Positions 51,638-59,711 of a DNA stretch of 64,000 nucleotides are shown here, piece by piece (the stretch's first letter is position 1; each line of letters starts with the position of its first letter). The stretch comes from Rhodocyclaceae bacterium (lineage in GTDB: Bacteria > Pseudomonadota > Gammaproteobacteria > Burkholderiales > Rhodocyclaceae). The DNA is taken from positions 438-64,437 of the forward strand of contig JBGARB010000004.1 of assembly GCA_044230495.1 (NCBI GenBank), given 5' to 3'. The notes under the pieces are model-generated. The model was not told the DNA's origin. It did not search any database and worked only from the letters and a program-made list of their open reading frames with translations. The position numbers and the translations under genes are program-made.

Positions 51638-52171
51638 CTAGCGGCGCAAGGCGCGGCGGCGCGACTCCATGCACTCCATGAGCTGGCCGCTGATCGTGCG
51701 CAGCCGCTGGTTGAGCAGGATGAGGAACTCCATCATCAGCTTGACGCCGATCTGCGGGTCCTCCGCAATCAGCGCGGTCATCGCGGCGCGGTCGAGCACC
51801 GCGAATTCGACATCGTCGACGGCCACGCAACTGGCGAAGCGCGGCTCACCGTCGATCAGCGACATCTCGCCCAGGGTCTTGCCGGGTCCGGCCACCGCGA
51901 TCTGTACCGGGAGCCCGTGCGCATCGCGCTTGACGATCTCGACGGCGCCACTGAGGATCAGCACCATGTAGTCGCCGGGATCGCCTTCGTTGATGATGGC
52001 CAGGCCCGCCGGCGCGCGGTAGCAGCGCATGCTGGCCGCCAGGCGATCGAGATCGCCCGCCTCGAAATCCTCGAACAGCGCGATCGACTGGATGATCTCG
52101 CGGATGCGCGGAACGAATGGCGTGGCACTGCCCAATGCGCTCATCTGCGGGAACCGTTCGTCTGTGACCAT
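51638..52171 (-). CDS. cyclic-nucleotide-binding domain protein
   Basis: …LFEDFEAGDLDRLA…GDYMVLILSGAVEI…GKTLGEMSLIDGEPRFASCVA… is a cNMP-binding fold; 177 aa. Confidence 0.8.
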   Translation of the reverse strand: MVTDERFPQMSALGSATPFVPRIREIIQSIALFEDFEAGDLDRLAASMRCYRAPAGLAIINEGDPGDYMVLILSGAVEIVKRDAHGLPVQIAVAGPGKTLGEMSLIDGEPRFASCVAVDDVEFAVLDRAAMTALIAEDPQIGVKLMMEFLILLNQRLRTISGQLMECMESRRRALRR

Positions 52172-52210
52172 GGCGTCCGATTATAGGTACGGACGACGCC
52201 GGCGGCACGC

Positions 52211-53818
52211 CTACTTCGTGCAGGATTCGCCAGGAAAGTAGCGGTCGCAGAAATAGCAGCCGCGCTGCGGCAGCCATGCCGGCAGCTGGTAGTAGCGCCG
52301 ACGCACCTCGCGCAGCACTTCTTCGCGATAGCGCGCGTAATCGAAGCCCTCGCCGCGGATCAGCCAGAAAGTCGCTCCGCGTACCTCGATCGTCTGCACG
52401 CGCGAACGGCGGAAATACGGCTGGTAGTAGCCGGCCTCGGGCGCCGTCTTGCGCAGGATCAGGAGGTTGCGGCCGTCGAGCGAGCGTACATCCGTCATGA
52501 TGTCGTCGTGCCGCGCATGCGAGGAGCCCAGGCCGAAGACCATCACGTAACGCTTCAGGTTCCACGCCAGCGTGATCGCGTTCGAATAACCGTCCATCGC
52601 CGGCACCCAGTTCTTCTGCGCATCGGCAAGGTCCGCCGCCAGCGCCGCCGCAATGCCGGCGCCATCGACGGTCAGCACGGCGCTCGGGTAGATGCGCTGT
52701 TTGCGCCATGTCTCCAGCGGCAACTGCGCCATGACGAACGCGGCGACGACGTGCAGCACGGCGAAGCCGACGAAGAACACGCCGAGCCGGCGCAAGGTCG
52801 GCAGCGGCACGCGCAGCGCCACCCAGATCAGCACGAAGGGCACGAACGACAGCAGCCAGTGCAGGCCGATGGTCTTCGGCCCGGAGAGCAGCCCGAACAG
52901 CAGCAACGGCACGCCGGCCAGCACGACCAATGAAACGACAGTGGTGGCGGGACGGCGCATGACATCGACCGCGTCGGCCGGATCGGCTGGCGGGCCGGCC
53001 GGCAGCGGATCGAGCGTGCGGCGCACGGCCAGCCAGGCTGCCGGCGGCGAAAAGACGTAGAGCAGCGTTGCCGCGTAGAGCAGCGGCGTTACCCACGAGA
53101 AGGCCGCGTCGGCGTTGCGATTGACGAAATTGAACATGTAGTTCGGCCAGCAATGGCCGGCGTTCCACCAGGCCATCAGCGCCAGCGCCGGCACGCACAT
53201 CGCATACGTGACGAACAACCCCGCCCAGATGCCGCGGCGGCGCAGGCGCGCCGTATCGACGAGATAGGCAAAGCCCAGCAAGGCGACGAAATATTTCGAC
53301 AGCACGGCGCCGGCCAGCAGTACACCACACAAGACGAACCAGCCCCAGCCATCGCCGGGACGCCGCTGCACCGCACGCAGCCAGGCCAGACCCGAAAGCA
53401 CGCTGAAATAGACCAGCGGCGTGTCGGTGGTGACGAAGACGTTCCAGACGTTGGCCGGCGCCAGCAGCACCAGCAGGAACAGCGCATTGCGCCGCGCCGG
53501 CTCGATGCCGGGCCAGAGCCGTGGCGCGGCCCAGGCGATGGCCAGCGCCAGCAGCAGCGGCTGCAGGATCGTCGCCACGCGCAGCAGCAGCGCCGAATCG
53601 CCCAGCGCGGAAAGCGCTGCGAGCCACCAGCCGATCATCGGCGGATGATCGTAATAGCCCCAGTCCGGCGCAAAGCCCCACCAAATGAAATATGCCTCGT
53701 CGCCGGTGACCGGCGTGACCCAGCCCAGCCAGAAACGGAAGACCAGCGAGGCGACGACGATCGCCGCCAGGACCGGCACATCGAGCAGGCCGGCGCGGGC
53801 CGGCGGGATGTGCGCCAT
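52211..53818 (-). CDS. ArnT/PMT-like (GT39/GT83) membrane glycosyltransferase with a C-terminal soluble domain
   Basis: A 535-aa ORF with an N-terminal …GDEAYFIWWG…YYDHPPM… motif and about 11 TM helices. It carries a reverse-oriented copy of the 25-bp repeat in a loop (…VMRRPATTVVSLV…). Confidence 0.75.
   Translation of the reverse strand: MAHIPPARAGLLDVPVLAAIVVASLVFRFWLGWVTPVTGDEAYFIWWGFAPDWGYYDHPPMIGWWLAALSALGDSALLLRVATILQPLLLALAIAWAAPRLWPGIEPARRNALFLLVLLAPANVWNVFVTTDTPLVYFSVLSGLAWLRAVQRRPGDGWGWFVLCGVLLAGAVLSKYFVALLGFAYLVDTARLRRRGIWAGLFVTYAMCVPALALMAWWNAGHCWPNYMFNFVNRNADAAFSWVTPLLYAATLLYVFSPPAAWLAVRRTLDPLPAGPPADPADAVDVMRRPATTVVSLVVLAGVPLLLFGLLSGPKTIGLHWLLSFVPFVLIWVALRVPLPTLRRLGVFFVGFAVLHVVAAFVMAQLPLETWRKQRIYPSAVLTVDGAGIAAALAADLADAQKNWVPAMDGYSNAITLAWNLKRYVMVFGLGSSHARHDDIMTDVRSLDGRNLLILRKTAPEAGYYQPYFRRSRVQTIEVRGATFWLIRGEGFDYARYREEVLREVRRRYYQLPAWLPQRGCYFCDRYFPGESCTK
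52933..52957 (+). repeat. 25-bp dispersed repeat, copy 12 (AAACGACAGTGGTGGCGGGACGGCG, 24/25 match)
   Basis: Lies inside the GT39-like gene in antisense orientation, translated RRPATTVVS in a predicted loop. The T-to-G change falls in the TAG triplet of the repeat's reverse strand, which lies in a frame other than the one this gene reads. Confidence 0.85.
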
Positions 53819-53830
53819 GCCCGTGGGGAT

Positions 53831-54904
53831 CTAGCGCTCGGCCAACTTCAGTCGACGCGCGCGCACCGCCGCGGCCAGCGCGTCGAGCACCTGCACGGTG
53901 TCGTCCCAGCCGATGCAGGCATCGGTCACCGACTGGCCGTATTCGAGCGGCTTGCCGGGCGTCAGGTCCTGGCGCCCCGGCTTGAGGTGCGACTCGATCA
54001 TCACGCCGACGACGCGCTCGTCGCCGGCGGCGATCTGCGCGCCGACCTCGCCCGCGACGTCGATCTGCAGCTCGAATTTCTTGCGGCTGTTGGCGTGCGA
54101 GCAATCGATCATGGCCCGCGCCGCGAGACCGGCCTTGGCCAGTTCGCTGCAAGCGGCATCGATCGCCGCGGCGTCGTAGTTCGGCGCCGTGCCGCCACGC
54201 AGGATGACATGGCAATCCTCGTTGCCGTTGGTCGAGACGATGGCCGAGTGCCCCGCCTTGGTCACCGACAGGAAGTGATGCGGACTGGCGGCGGCCTTGA
54301 TGGCATCGACGGCGATGCGCACGTTGCCGTCGGTGCCGTTCTTGAAGCCGACCGGGCACGACAGGCCGGAAGCCAGTTCGCGGTGCACCTGCGACTCGGT
54401 GGTGCGGGCACCGATCGCGCCCCAGGCGATCAGGTCGGCCGTGTATTGCGGCGTGATGGTATCGAGGAACTCCGTGGCGCACGGCAGGCCCAGCTCGTTG
54501 ATCTCCCACAACAGCCGTCGCGCCAGGCGCAGGCCGTCGTTGATGCGGAAGCTGCCGTCGAGGCGCGGGTCGTTGATGAGCCCCTTCCAGCCCACCGTGG
54601 TGCGCGGCTTCTCGAAATAGACGCGCATCAGGATCACCAGGTCGTCGGCCAGGCGCGCACGTTCGCCGACCAGCCGGGCGGCATATTCCATCGCCGCGTC
54701 GTAGTCGTGGATCGAGCACGGACCGACGACCACGATCAGCCGGTCGTCGGCGCCGTGCAGCACGCGATGCAGATCGTTGCGGGCCTGAAAGGTCGTGTCC
54801 GCCGCCTTGTCGGTCGCCGGGAATTCGCGCAGGATGTGGGCCGGCGGCGAAAGCTCCTTGATCTCCTTGATGCGGACGTCGTCGATGATGTGCTTCATGG
54901 GCAT
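53831..54904 (-). CDS. class I 3-deoxy-7-phosphoheptulonate (DAHP) synthase
   Basis: Trimmed to MPMKHIIDDVRIKEIKEL… It contains GPCSIHD, KPRTTVGWKGLINDP and IDCSHANS motifs; 357 aa. The isozyme cannot be assigned. Confidence 0.9.
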   Translation of the reverse strand: MPMKHIIDDVRIKEIKELSPPAHILREFPATDKAADTTFQARNDLHRVLHGADDRLIVVVGPCSIHDYDAAMEYAARLVGERARLADDLVILMRVYFEKPRTTVGWKGLINDPRLDGSFRINDGLRLARRLLWEINELGLPCATEFLDTITPQYTADLIAWGAIGARTTESQVHRELASGLSCPVGFKNGTDGNVRIAVDAIKAAASPHHFLSVTKAGHSAIVSTNGNEDCHVILRGGTAPNYDAAAIDAACSELAKAGLAARAMIDCSHANSRKKFELQIDVAGEVGAQIAAGDERVVGVMIESHLKPGRQDLTPGKPLEYGQSVTDACIGWDDTVQVLDALAAAVRARRLKLAER

Positions 54905-55073
54905 GGAATTGGTCGGGGTCAAAGGCCATTTTGCCAGAAGGTGCACGACCTCACGCTGCACTGCGGCAAACGCCGTCGATACAATTCTTTTCAATTGGTC
55001 ACCGCACCGCCGCCACTTGGCCGCGGCCGTGCTGGTTCAATGCGTTGTCGTTTCAATTCCGGAGACATGCAAC

Positions 55074-56546
55074 ATGCAAACCCGCACCCTTTCAACCCGG
55101 CGCAGCCGGCTCATCGCCGCCGCAACCGGCAGCGCACTGACGCTTGCCGGTGTCGCCTGGTTCTCGTCGCAGTCGTCGCCGATTGCGCAGGCGCAAGCCG
55201 CGCCCGCCCAGGAGCAACGCTGGACCGGCGGCCAGGGGCTTCCCGACTTCACCGGCATCGTCGAGCGTCATGGCCCGGCAGTGGTCAACATCAGCGTCAC
55301 CGGCAAGGCCAGGCGCGGTTCGCCGCATCTTGACCCGAACGATCCGTTCTACGAGTTCTTCCGCCGCTTCGGCCCCAACACGCCGAACATCCCCAACATG
55401 CCGCGCGGCCGCGGCGCGCCGGCACAGAGCATGGGCTCGGGTTTCATCGTCAGCAGCGACGGCGTCATCCTGACCAATGCGCACGTCGTCGACGACGCCG
55501 AGGAAGTCACGGTCAAGCTGACCGACCGCCGCGAGTTCAAGGCCAAGGTGGTGGGTCTGGACAAGGCGACCGATGTCGCGGTGCTGCGCATTGAAGCCAA
55601 GGGGCTGCCCACCGTCACGCTGGGCAGCGCCGATGCGATGCGCGTGGGCGAATGGGTCGTTGCCATCGGCTCGCCGTTCGGCTTCGAAAACACCGTCACC
55701 GCCGGCATCATCTCGGCGAAGTCGCGCGCGCTGCCGCAGGAAGGCTATGTACCCTTCCTGCAAACCGACGTGGCGATCAACCCCGGCAACTCCGGCGGCC
55801 CGCTGTTCAACATGCGCGGCGAAGTCGTCGGCATCAACTCGCAGATCTACTCGCGCAGCGGCGGCTACCAGGGCGTCTCGTTCGCGATCCCGATCGACAC
55901 CGCGATGAAGATCCAGCGCCAGTTGCTCGACGGCGGCAAGGTGCAGCGCGGCCGCCTCGGCGTCGTCATCCAGGAGGTCGATCAGGCACTGGCCAACTCG
56001 TTCGGCCTCGACAAGGCCATCGGCGCACTGGTCAGCGAAGTCGAGGATGCCAGCCCGGCGGCCAAGGCCGGCGTCGAACCGGGCGACGTGATCATCAAGT
56101 TCAACGGCCGCGAAATCGCGCGCTCGAGCGAACTGCCCCTGCTCGTCGGCGATGTGCTCCCTGGCCGCAAGGCAACGCTGGAAGTCTGGCGCAATGGCAA
56201 GACGCTGTCGCTCGCCGTCACCGTCGGCGAGGCGCCGAATGCATCCGGCAAGGCCGATCCGTCTGATCCCGACAAGGGCAACGACCGCCTCGGCCTGTCG
56301 GTGCGGCCGCTGTCGCCGCAGGAGAAGCGCCAGCTCGGCACCGACAAGGGGCTGATCGTCGATGACGTGTCGGGCGCAGCCGAAAACGCCGGCATCCGCG
56401 CCGGCGACATCGTGATCGCGCTCAACGGCACGCCGGTGCAAAGCGCCCAGCAGTTGCGGTCGCTGGCGGCCAAGGCCGGCAAGCGGGTCGCGCTGCTGAT
56501 CCAGCGCGGCGAGCGCAAGCTGTTCGTGCCGCTCGACCTGGACTGA
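55074..56546 (+). CDS. DegP/DegQ/MucD-type periplasmic serine endoprotease (trypsin domain + 2 PDZ)
   Basis: Trimmed to MQTRTLSTRR (ATG 55074, GGAGA RBS). It has a signal peptide, TNAHVV, DVAVL and GNSGGPL catalytic-triad motifs, and two PDZ-like regions. Confidence 0.9.
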   Translation: MQTRTLSTRRSRLIAAATGSALTLAGVAWFSSQSSPIAQAQAAPAQEQRWTGGQGLPDFTGIVERHGPAVVNISVTGKARRGSPHLDPNDPFYEFFRRFGPNTPNIPNMPRGRGAPAQSMGSGFIVSSDGVILTNAHVVDDAEEVTVKLTDRREFKAKVVGLDKATDVAVLRIEAKGLPTVTLGSADAMRVGEWVVAIGSPFGFENTVTAGIISAKSRALPQEGYVPFLQTDVAINPGNSGGPLFNMRGEVVGINSQIYSRSGGYQGVSFAIPIDTAMKIQRQLLDGGKVQRGRLGVVIQEVDQALANSFGLDKAIGALVSEVEDASPAAKAGVEPGDVIIKFNGREIARSSELPLLVGDVLPGRKATLEVWRNGKTLSLAVTVGEAPNASGKADPSDPDKGNDRLGLSVRPLSPQEKRQLGTDKGLIVDDVSGAAENAGIRAGDIVIALNGTPVQSAQQLRSLAAKAGKRVALLIQRGERKLFVPLDLD

Positions 56547-56568
56547 CGCCTTAGTCGCACGCATTGCC

Positions 56569-57141
56569 GTGCAACGCAACCCCGCGACCGCGATCACGCT
56601 GCTGATCGCGGTCGCGTCTTTTCTGCTGCATGCCTACGGTGAACCGGTAGACGAACTGATCTGGCGAAGTGGCATGGGTGCCGCCGCGCCTTGGCGCTGG
56701 ATCAGCGCGCATGTCGCGCACCTGTCGGCGACGCACTTTGCCGCCAACGCCGCTGCCGCGCTCGTGCTGGCCTTCGCCGCTGACCGGCTGGCGATCTCGC
56801 GCGGTTTGCCCGGTGCTTGGGTGATGTCGCTGATCGCCGTCGATCTCGGGCTGCTCGTCGGGCCGTGGCAAATCGCATGGTATGCCGGCGCCTCCGGTAC
56901 GTTGTACGGCGTAGCAGGCTGGGTTTGCCTGCGGCTCGCGCTCGACCCGATGCGTTTGCCTGCGCCCGGCGCGCAGCGGACGGCCGCCGCCCTCTACGCG
57001 CTGCTCGTCGTCAGGGTACTGTGGTCGCTCGCCACGCCGGTCGGCGAAACGGGCTGGCTGGGCGTGGCGACGGCCACGCCCGCGCACCTCTATGGCCTGG
57101 TCGGCGGCAGCATCTGGGCGCTGCTGCGCCGGGCACGGTAG
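56569..57141 (+). CDS. rhombosortase (rhomboid-family intramembrane protease for GlyGly-CTERM proteins)
   Basis: A 190-aa polytopic protein with WRWISAHVAHLSATH, YAGASGTLYG (Ser motif) and PAHLYGLVGG (His motif). It is adjacent to a GlyGly-CTERM protease. Confidence 0.7.
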   Translation: MQRNPATAITLLIAVASFLLHAYGEPVDELIWRSGMGAAAPWRWISAHVAHLSATHFAANAAAALVLAFAADRLAISRGLPGAWVMSLIAVDLGLLVGPWQIAWYAGASGTLYGVAGWVCLRLALDPMRLPAPGAQRTAAALYALLVVRVLWSLATPVGETGWLGVATATPAHLYGLVGGSIWALLRRAR

Positions 57142-58982
57142 GCGAAAGCACCGATCGCCAGCAGCAGCGCGAGGTCGGCCAGCCCCCATGCACCACCACC
57201 GCCGCCGCCACCGCTGTTCGATGCCGGCGGCGTAACGATCACCACCGGCGCCGCTTCGATGACCACGTCGCTCTGCGTGCTCGCCGAGGCGCCCAGCGAG
57301 TCGGTCACCATCAGCCGCACGACGTAGGTGCCGGCCACTGTCGCCTGAAAGCTCGTGGCGGCCGAATCGAGCCGCGAGAGCGCGGCACCGCTGCCGGCAG
57401 GCGACGAGGCCAATTGCCAGGTCCATGTCGATACCGTCAGCCCGGGCGCGGCGGTGCTGCCGCTGCCGTCCAGCGCGATGACATTGCCGGCGACCAGCGT
57501 ACCGCTGGCGACGATGCGCGCGACGGGGGGTAGCGCCTCGCGTACCGACGCCGCGGCATCGAGCAACCCGGCCCCGCAGGTGCTCGTGGTGCAATTGCAC
57601 TGCCCCTGCGTCAGTTCGCCCTCGGCCAGCGTCGGGCAGGTCGGCAACAGGGCATCCGCCGGGAAGGAGCGCGCCGTGCGCTGGATGCGGCGGATGATGT
57701 CCGCCGGCGCGAGGGCCGGATTGGCCGCCAGCATCAGTGCCGCAACGGCGGAAACCTGCGGCGCCGAGAAGCTCGTGCCGACATTGAAATTGAATTCGTC
57801 GGTATAGCCGTTGGCGGCGGGCGTGGTGGCGCCGAGGTTGGTCGTCGTGCGGATGCTGAACAGGCACGCGCCGCTGGCATTGACGCAATTGCCGGCTGGC
57901 GCGCTGATGCCGACTTCGGGACCGAGGCTGCTGTAGCCGACCTTGGTGCCGACATGGCGCACGCCGCCCACCGCCAGCACGCCGACGCAATTCGCCGGCT
58001 CGGCGACAGGCCCCGATGAATTGCCGGCGGCGACCACCATCAGCACGCCGCGCGCGTTCAATTCGTTGAGCAGGTCGAGATACGATGCCGCGCATGCGCC
58101 GGCGCCGCCCAGGCTCAGGCTGACGATGCGGGCGGGATTCGGATTGGCCGGCACGCCGGGGACCGTGCCGCCGGCCGCCCAGCGCGTGCCGGCGATGATG
58201 TCGGAATCGTAGCCGCCGCATTTGCCGAGCACGCGCACCGGCAACAGGCCGACGCGCCAGTTGATGCCGGCGATGCCGATGGAATTGTTGCCCTCGGCGC
58301 CGATGATGCCGGCCACGCGCGTGCCATGCCAACTGCTGTCCTGCACCTCGAGGTCGTCGCCGCACGCCGCCTTCACCGCCGGGTCGGCCACGTCGGCGGC
58401 AGAAATGAAATCGCCGGCATCGGACGCGTCGGCATCGCGGCTGTCGCCGTCGCCGGCATTCACGCGGTCGCTGATGAAGTCATAGCCGGGCAACAGCCGA
58501 TTGGCGAGGTCCGGGTGGTCGTAGCGCACGCCGGTATCGACGAAGGCGACGACGATGGACGCATCGCCGGTCGTGGAATCCCACGCCGTCACGGCATCGA
58601 TGGCCGCTGGCGCCGCGGTGATCGGCTGGTGGTACCACTGCGTGGCATGCAGGGGATCGTTGGGCAGCGCGCGGATCGTCCGCCGGCGGTCGGGCACGGC
58701 ATATTCGACGTCGGCCTGCGCCGATAGCCGCCGGGCCAGTTCGTCGGAATCCACGCCGCTCGCGGTGACCACCTCGGCGCGCTCGTGCAGCATGTTGCCG
58801 CGCACGAGGCGCACACCGATGCGCGCCGAGAGCCTGTCCGTGCGGTCGGCCGCCAACGCCTGCTTGAGCGCAGCATCGGTGGCCTTGTACTTGACGATGA
58901 CGCGTCCGCCGGGCGCCTGCGCCCAGGCGGCGCCGGCGCACAAGGCGAACGAGGCGAACAGCACGGTGAGCAGCCTGCGCAT
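57090..58982 (-). CDS. secreted subtilisin-like (S8) serine protease with a GlyGly-CTERM sorting signal
   Basis: The start is at MRRLLTVLFASFALCAGAAWA (ATG 58982; alternatives at 59000 and 59045). DTG, HGT and GTSFSAP catalytic motifs are present. The C-terminus reads NSGGGGGGGAWGLADLALLLAIGAFAYRARR. The 3' end overlaps the rhombosortase 3' end by 52 nt. Confidence 0.85.
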   Translation of the reverse strand: MRRLLTVLFASFALCAGAAWAQAPGGRVIVKYKATDAALKQALAADRTDRLSARIGVRLVRGNMLHERAEVVTASGVDSDELARRLSAQADVEYAVPDRRRTIRALPNDPLHATQWYHQPITAAPAAIDAVTAWDSTTGDASIVVAFVDTGVRYDHPDLANRLLPGYDFISDRVNAGDGDSRDADASDAGDFISAADVADPAVKAACGDDLEVQDSSWHGTRVAGIIGAEGNNSIGIAGINWRVGLLPVRVLGKCGGYDSDIIAGTRWAAGGTVPGVPANPNPARIVSLSLGGAGACAASYLDLLNELNARGVLMVVAAGNSSGPVAEPANCVGVLAVGGVRHVGTKVGYSSLGPEVGISAPAGNCVNASGACLFSIRTTTNLGATTPAANGYTDEFNFNVGTSFSAPQVSAVAALMLAANPALAPADIIRRIQRTARSFPADALLPTCPTLAEGELTQGQCNCTTSTCGAGLLDAAASVREALPPVARIVASGTLVAGNVIALDGSGSTAAPGLTVSTWTWQLASSPAGSGAALSRLDSAATSFQATVAGTYVVRLMVTDSLGASASTQSDVVIEAAPVVIVTPPASNSGGGGGGGAWGLADLALLLAIGAFAYRARRSSAQMLPPTRP

Positions 58983-59108
58983 GCGTCTATCCTGAATCAT
59001 CGGCGATTCGCCATGTTCGGCAAACACGGATGCGGCGTCAAGCACCTTTGCATGACTTGACGCGCGTTGCCGTTACACTGGCCCGCACGCGTTCGTCCGG
59101 GAGTCGCC

Positions 59109-59576
59109 ATGGAAACCAAGCCGCCGTTGCCGCCTTTCACCGCCGAAACCGCCGCGCAGAAAGTGCGCATGGCCGAGGATGCATGGAACACCCGCGATCC
59201 GGATCGTGTCGCGCTGGTCTATACGGAGGACACGCGCTGGCGCAATCGCGCCGAATTCCCGGTCGGCCGCGAGGAGGTCCGGCAGTTCCTGCGCCGCAAG
59301 TGGGCTCGCGAACTCGATTACCGCCTGATCAAGGAACTGTGGGCGACCAGCGGCAATCGCATCGCGGTGCGTTTCGCCTACGAATACCGCGACGATTCGG
59401 GCAATTGGTTCCGCGCTTACGGCAACGAGAACTGGGAGTTCAACGAGCAGGGCTTCATGATGCGACGATTCGCCAGCATCAATGATCTGCCCATCACCGA
59501 GGCGGAATGCAAGTTCCGCTGGCCGCTCGGCCGCAGGCCGGACGATCACCCCGGACTGTCGGACCTCGGGCTCTGA
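59109..59576 (+). CDS. DUF1348-like / NTF2-fold (SnoaL-like) protein
   Basis: Trimmed to [31 protein letters not shown] (ATG 59109, GGGAG RBS); 155 aa. The family name is from memory of similar proteins. Confidence 0.65.
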   Translation: METKPPLPPFTAETAAQKVRMAEDAWNTRDPDRVALVYTEDTRWRNRAEFPVGREEVRQFLRRKWARELDYRLIKELWATSGNRIAVRFAYEYRDDSGNWFRAYGNENWEFNEQGFMMRRFASINDLPITEAECKFRWPLGRRPDDHPGLSDLGL

Positions 59577-59598
59577 CGCGCCGCCACAGCGCGGCGCG
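59577..59598 (+). terminator. GC-rich hairpin CGCGCCGC-cacagc-GCGGCGCG immediately after the stop codon
   Basis: Perfect 8-bp arms were read from the sequence. No U-tract follows, so its role as an intrinsic terminator is uncertain. Confidence 0.3.
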
Positions 59599-59603
59599 GT
59601 GCG

Positions 59604-59628
59604 AAACTACAGTGGTGGTGACACGGCG
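59604..59628 (+). repeat. 25-bp dispersed repeat, copy 13 (AAACTACAGTGGTGGTGACACGGCG)
   Basis: Lies in the convergent spacer between the DUF1348-like gene and phoX, bracketed by the two GC-rich hairpins. Confidence 0.9.
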
Positions 59629-59659
59629 CCCCGCGCGGAACTGCCGCGCAAGGGGCGCC
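59625..59659. terminator. strong bipartite hairpin GGCGCCCCGCGCGG-aactg-CCGCGCaaGGGGCGCC
   Basis: The 8-bp and 6-bp stems were read from the sequence. The 5' arm starts inside the last 4 nt of the repeat copy at 59604-59628. It lies between convergent genes. Confidence 0.35.
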
Positions 59660-59711
59660 AAGTCGCAGTACACGACAATCCCCACCCCCTGTCCAGGAAT
59701 GGGGGTCGACA

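Noticed and set aside
51846-54929. A 1027-aa minus-strand ORF covering the cNMP, GT39 and DAHP synthase region.
   Set aside because: It is an out-of-frame shadow of three real genes on the same strand and has no recognisable domains.
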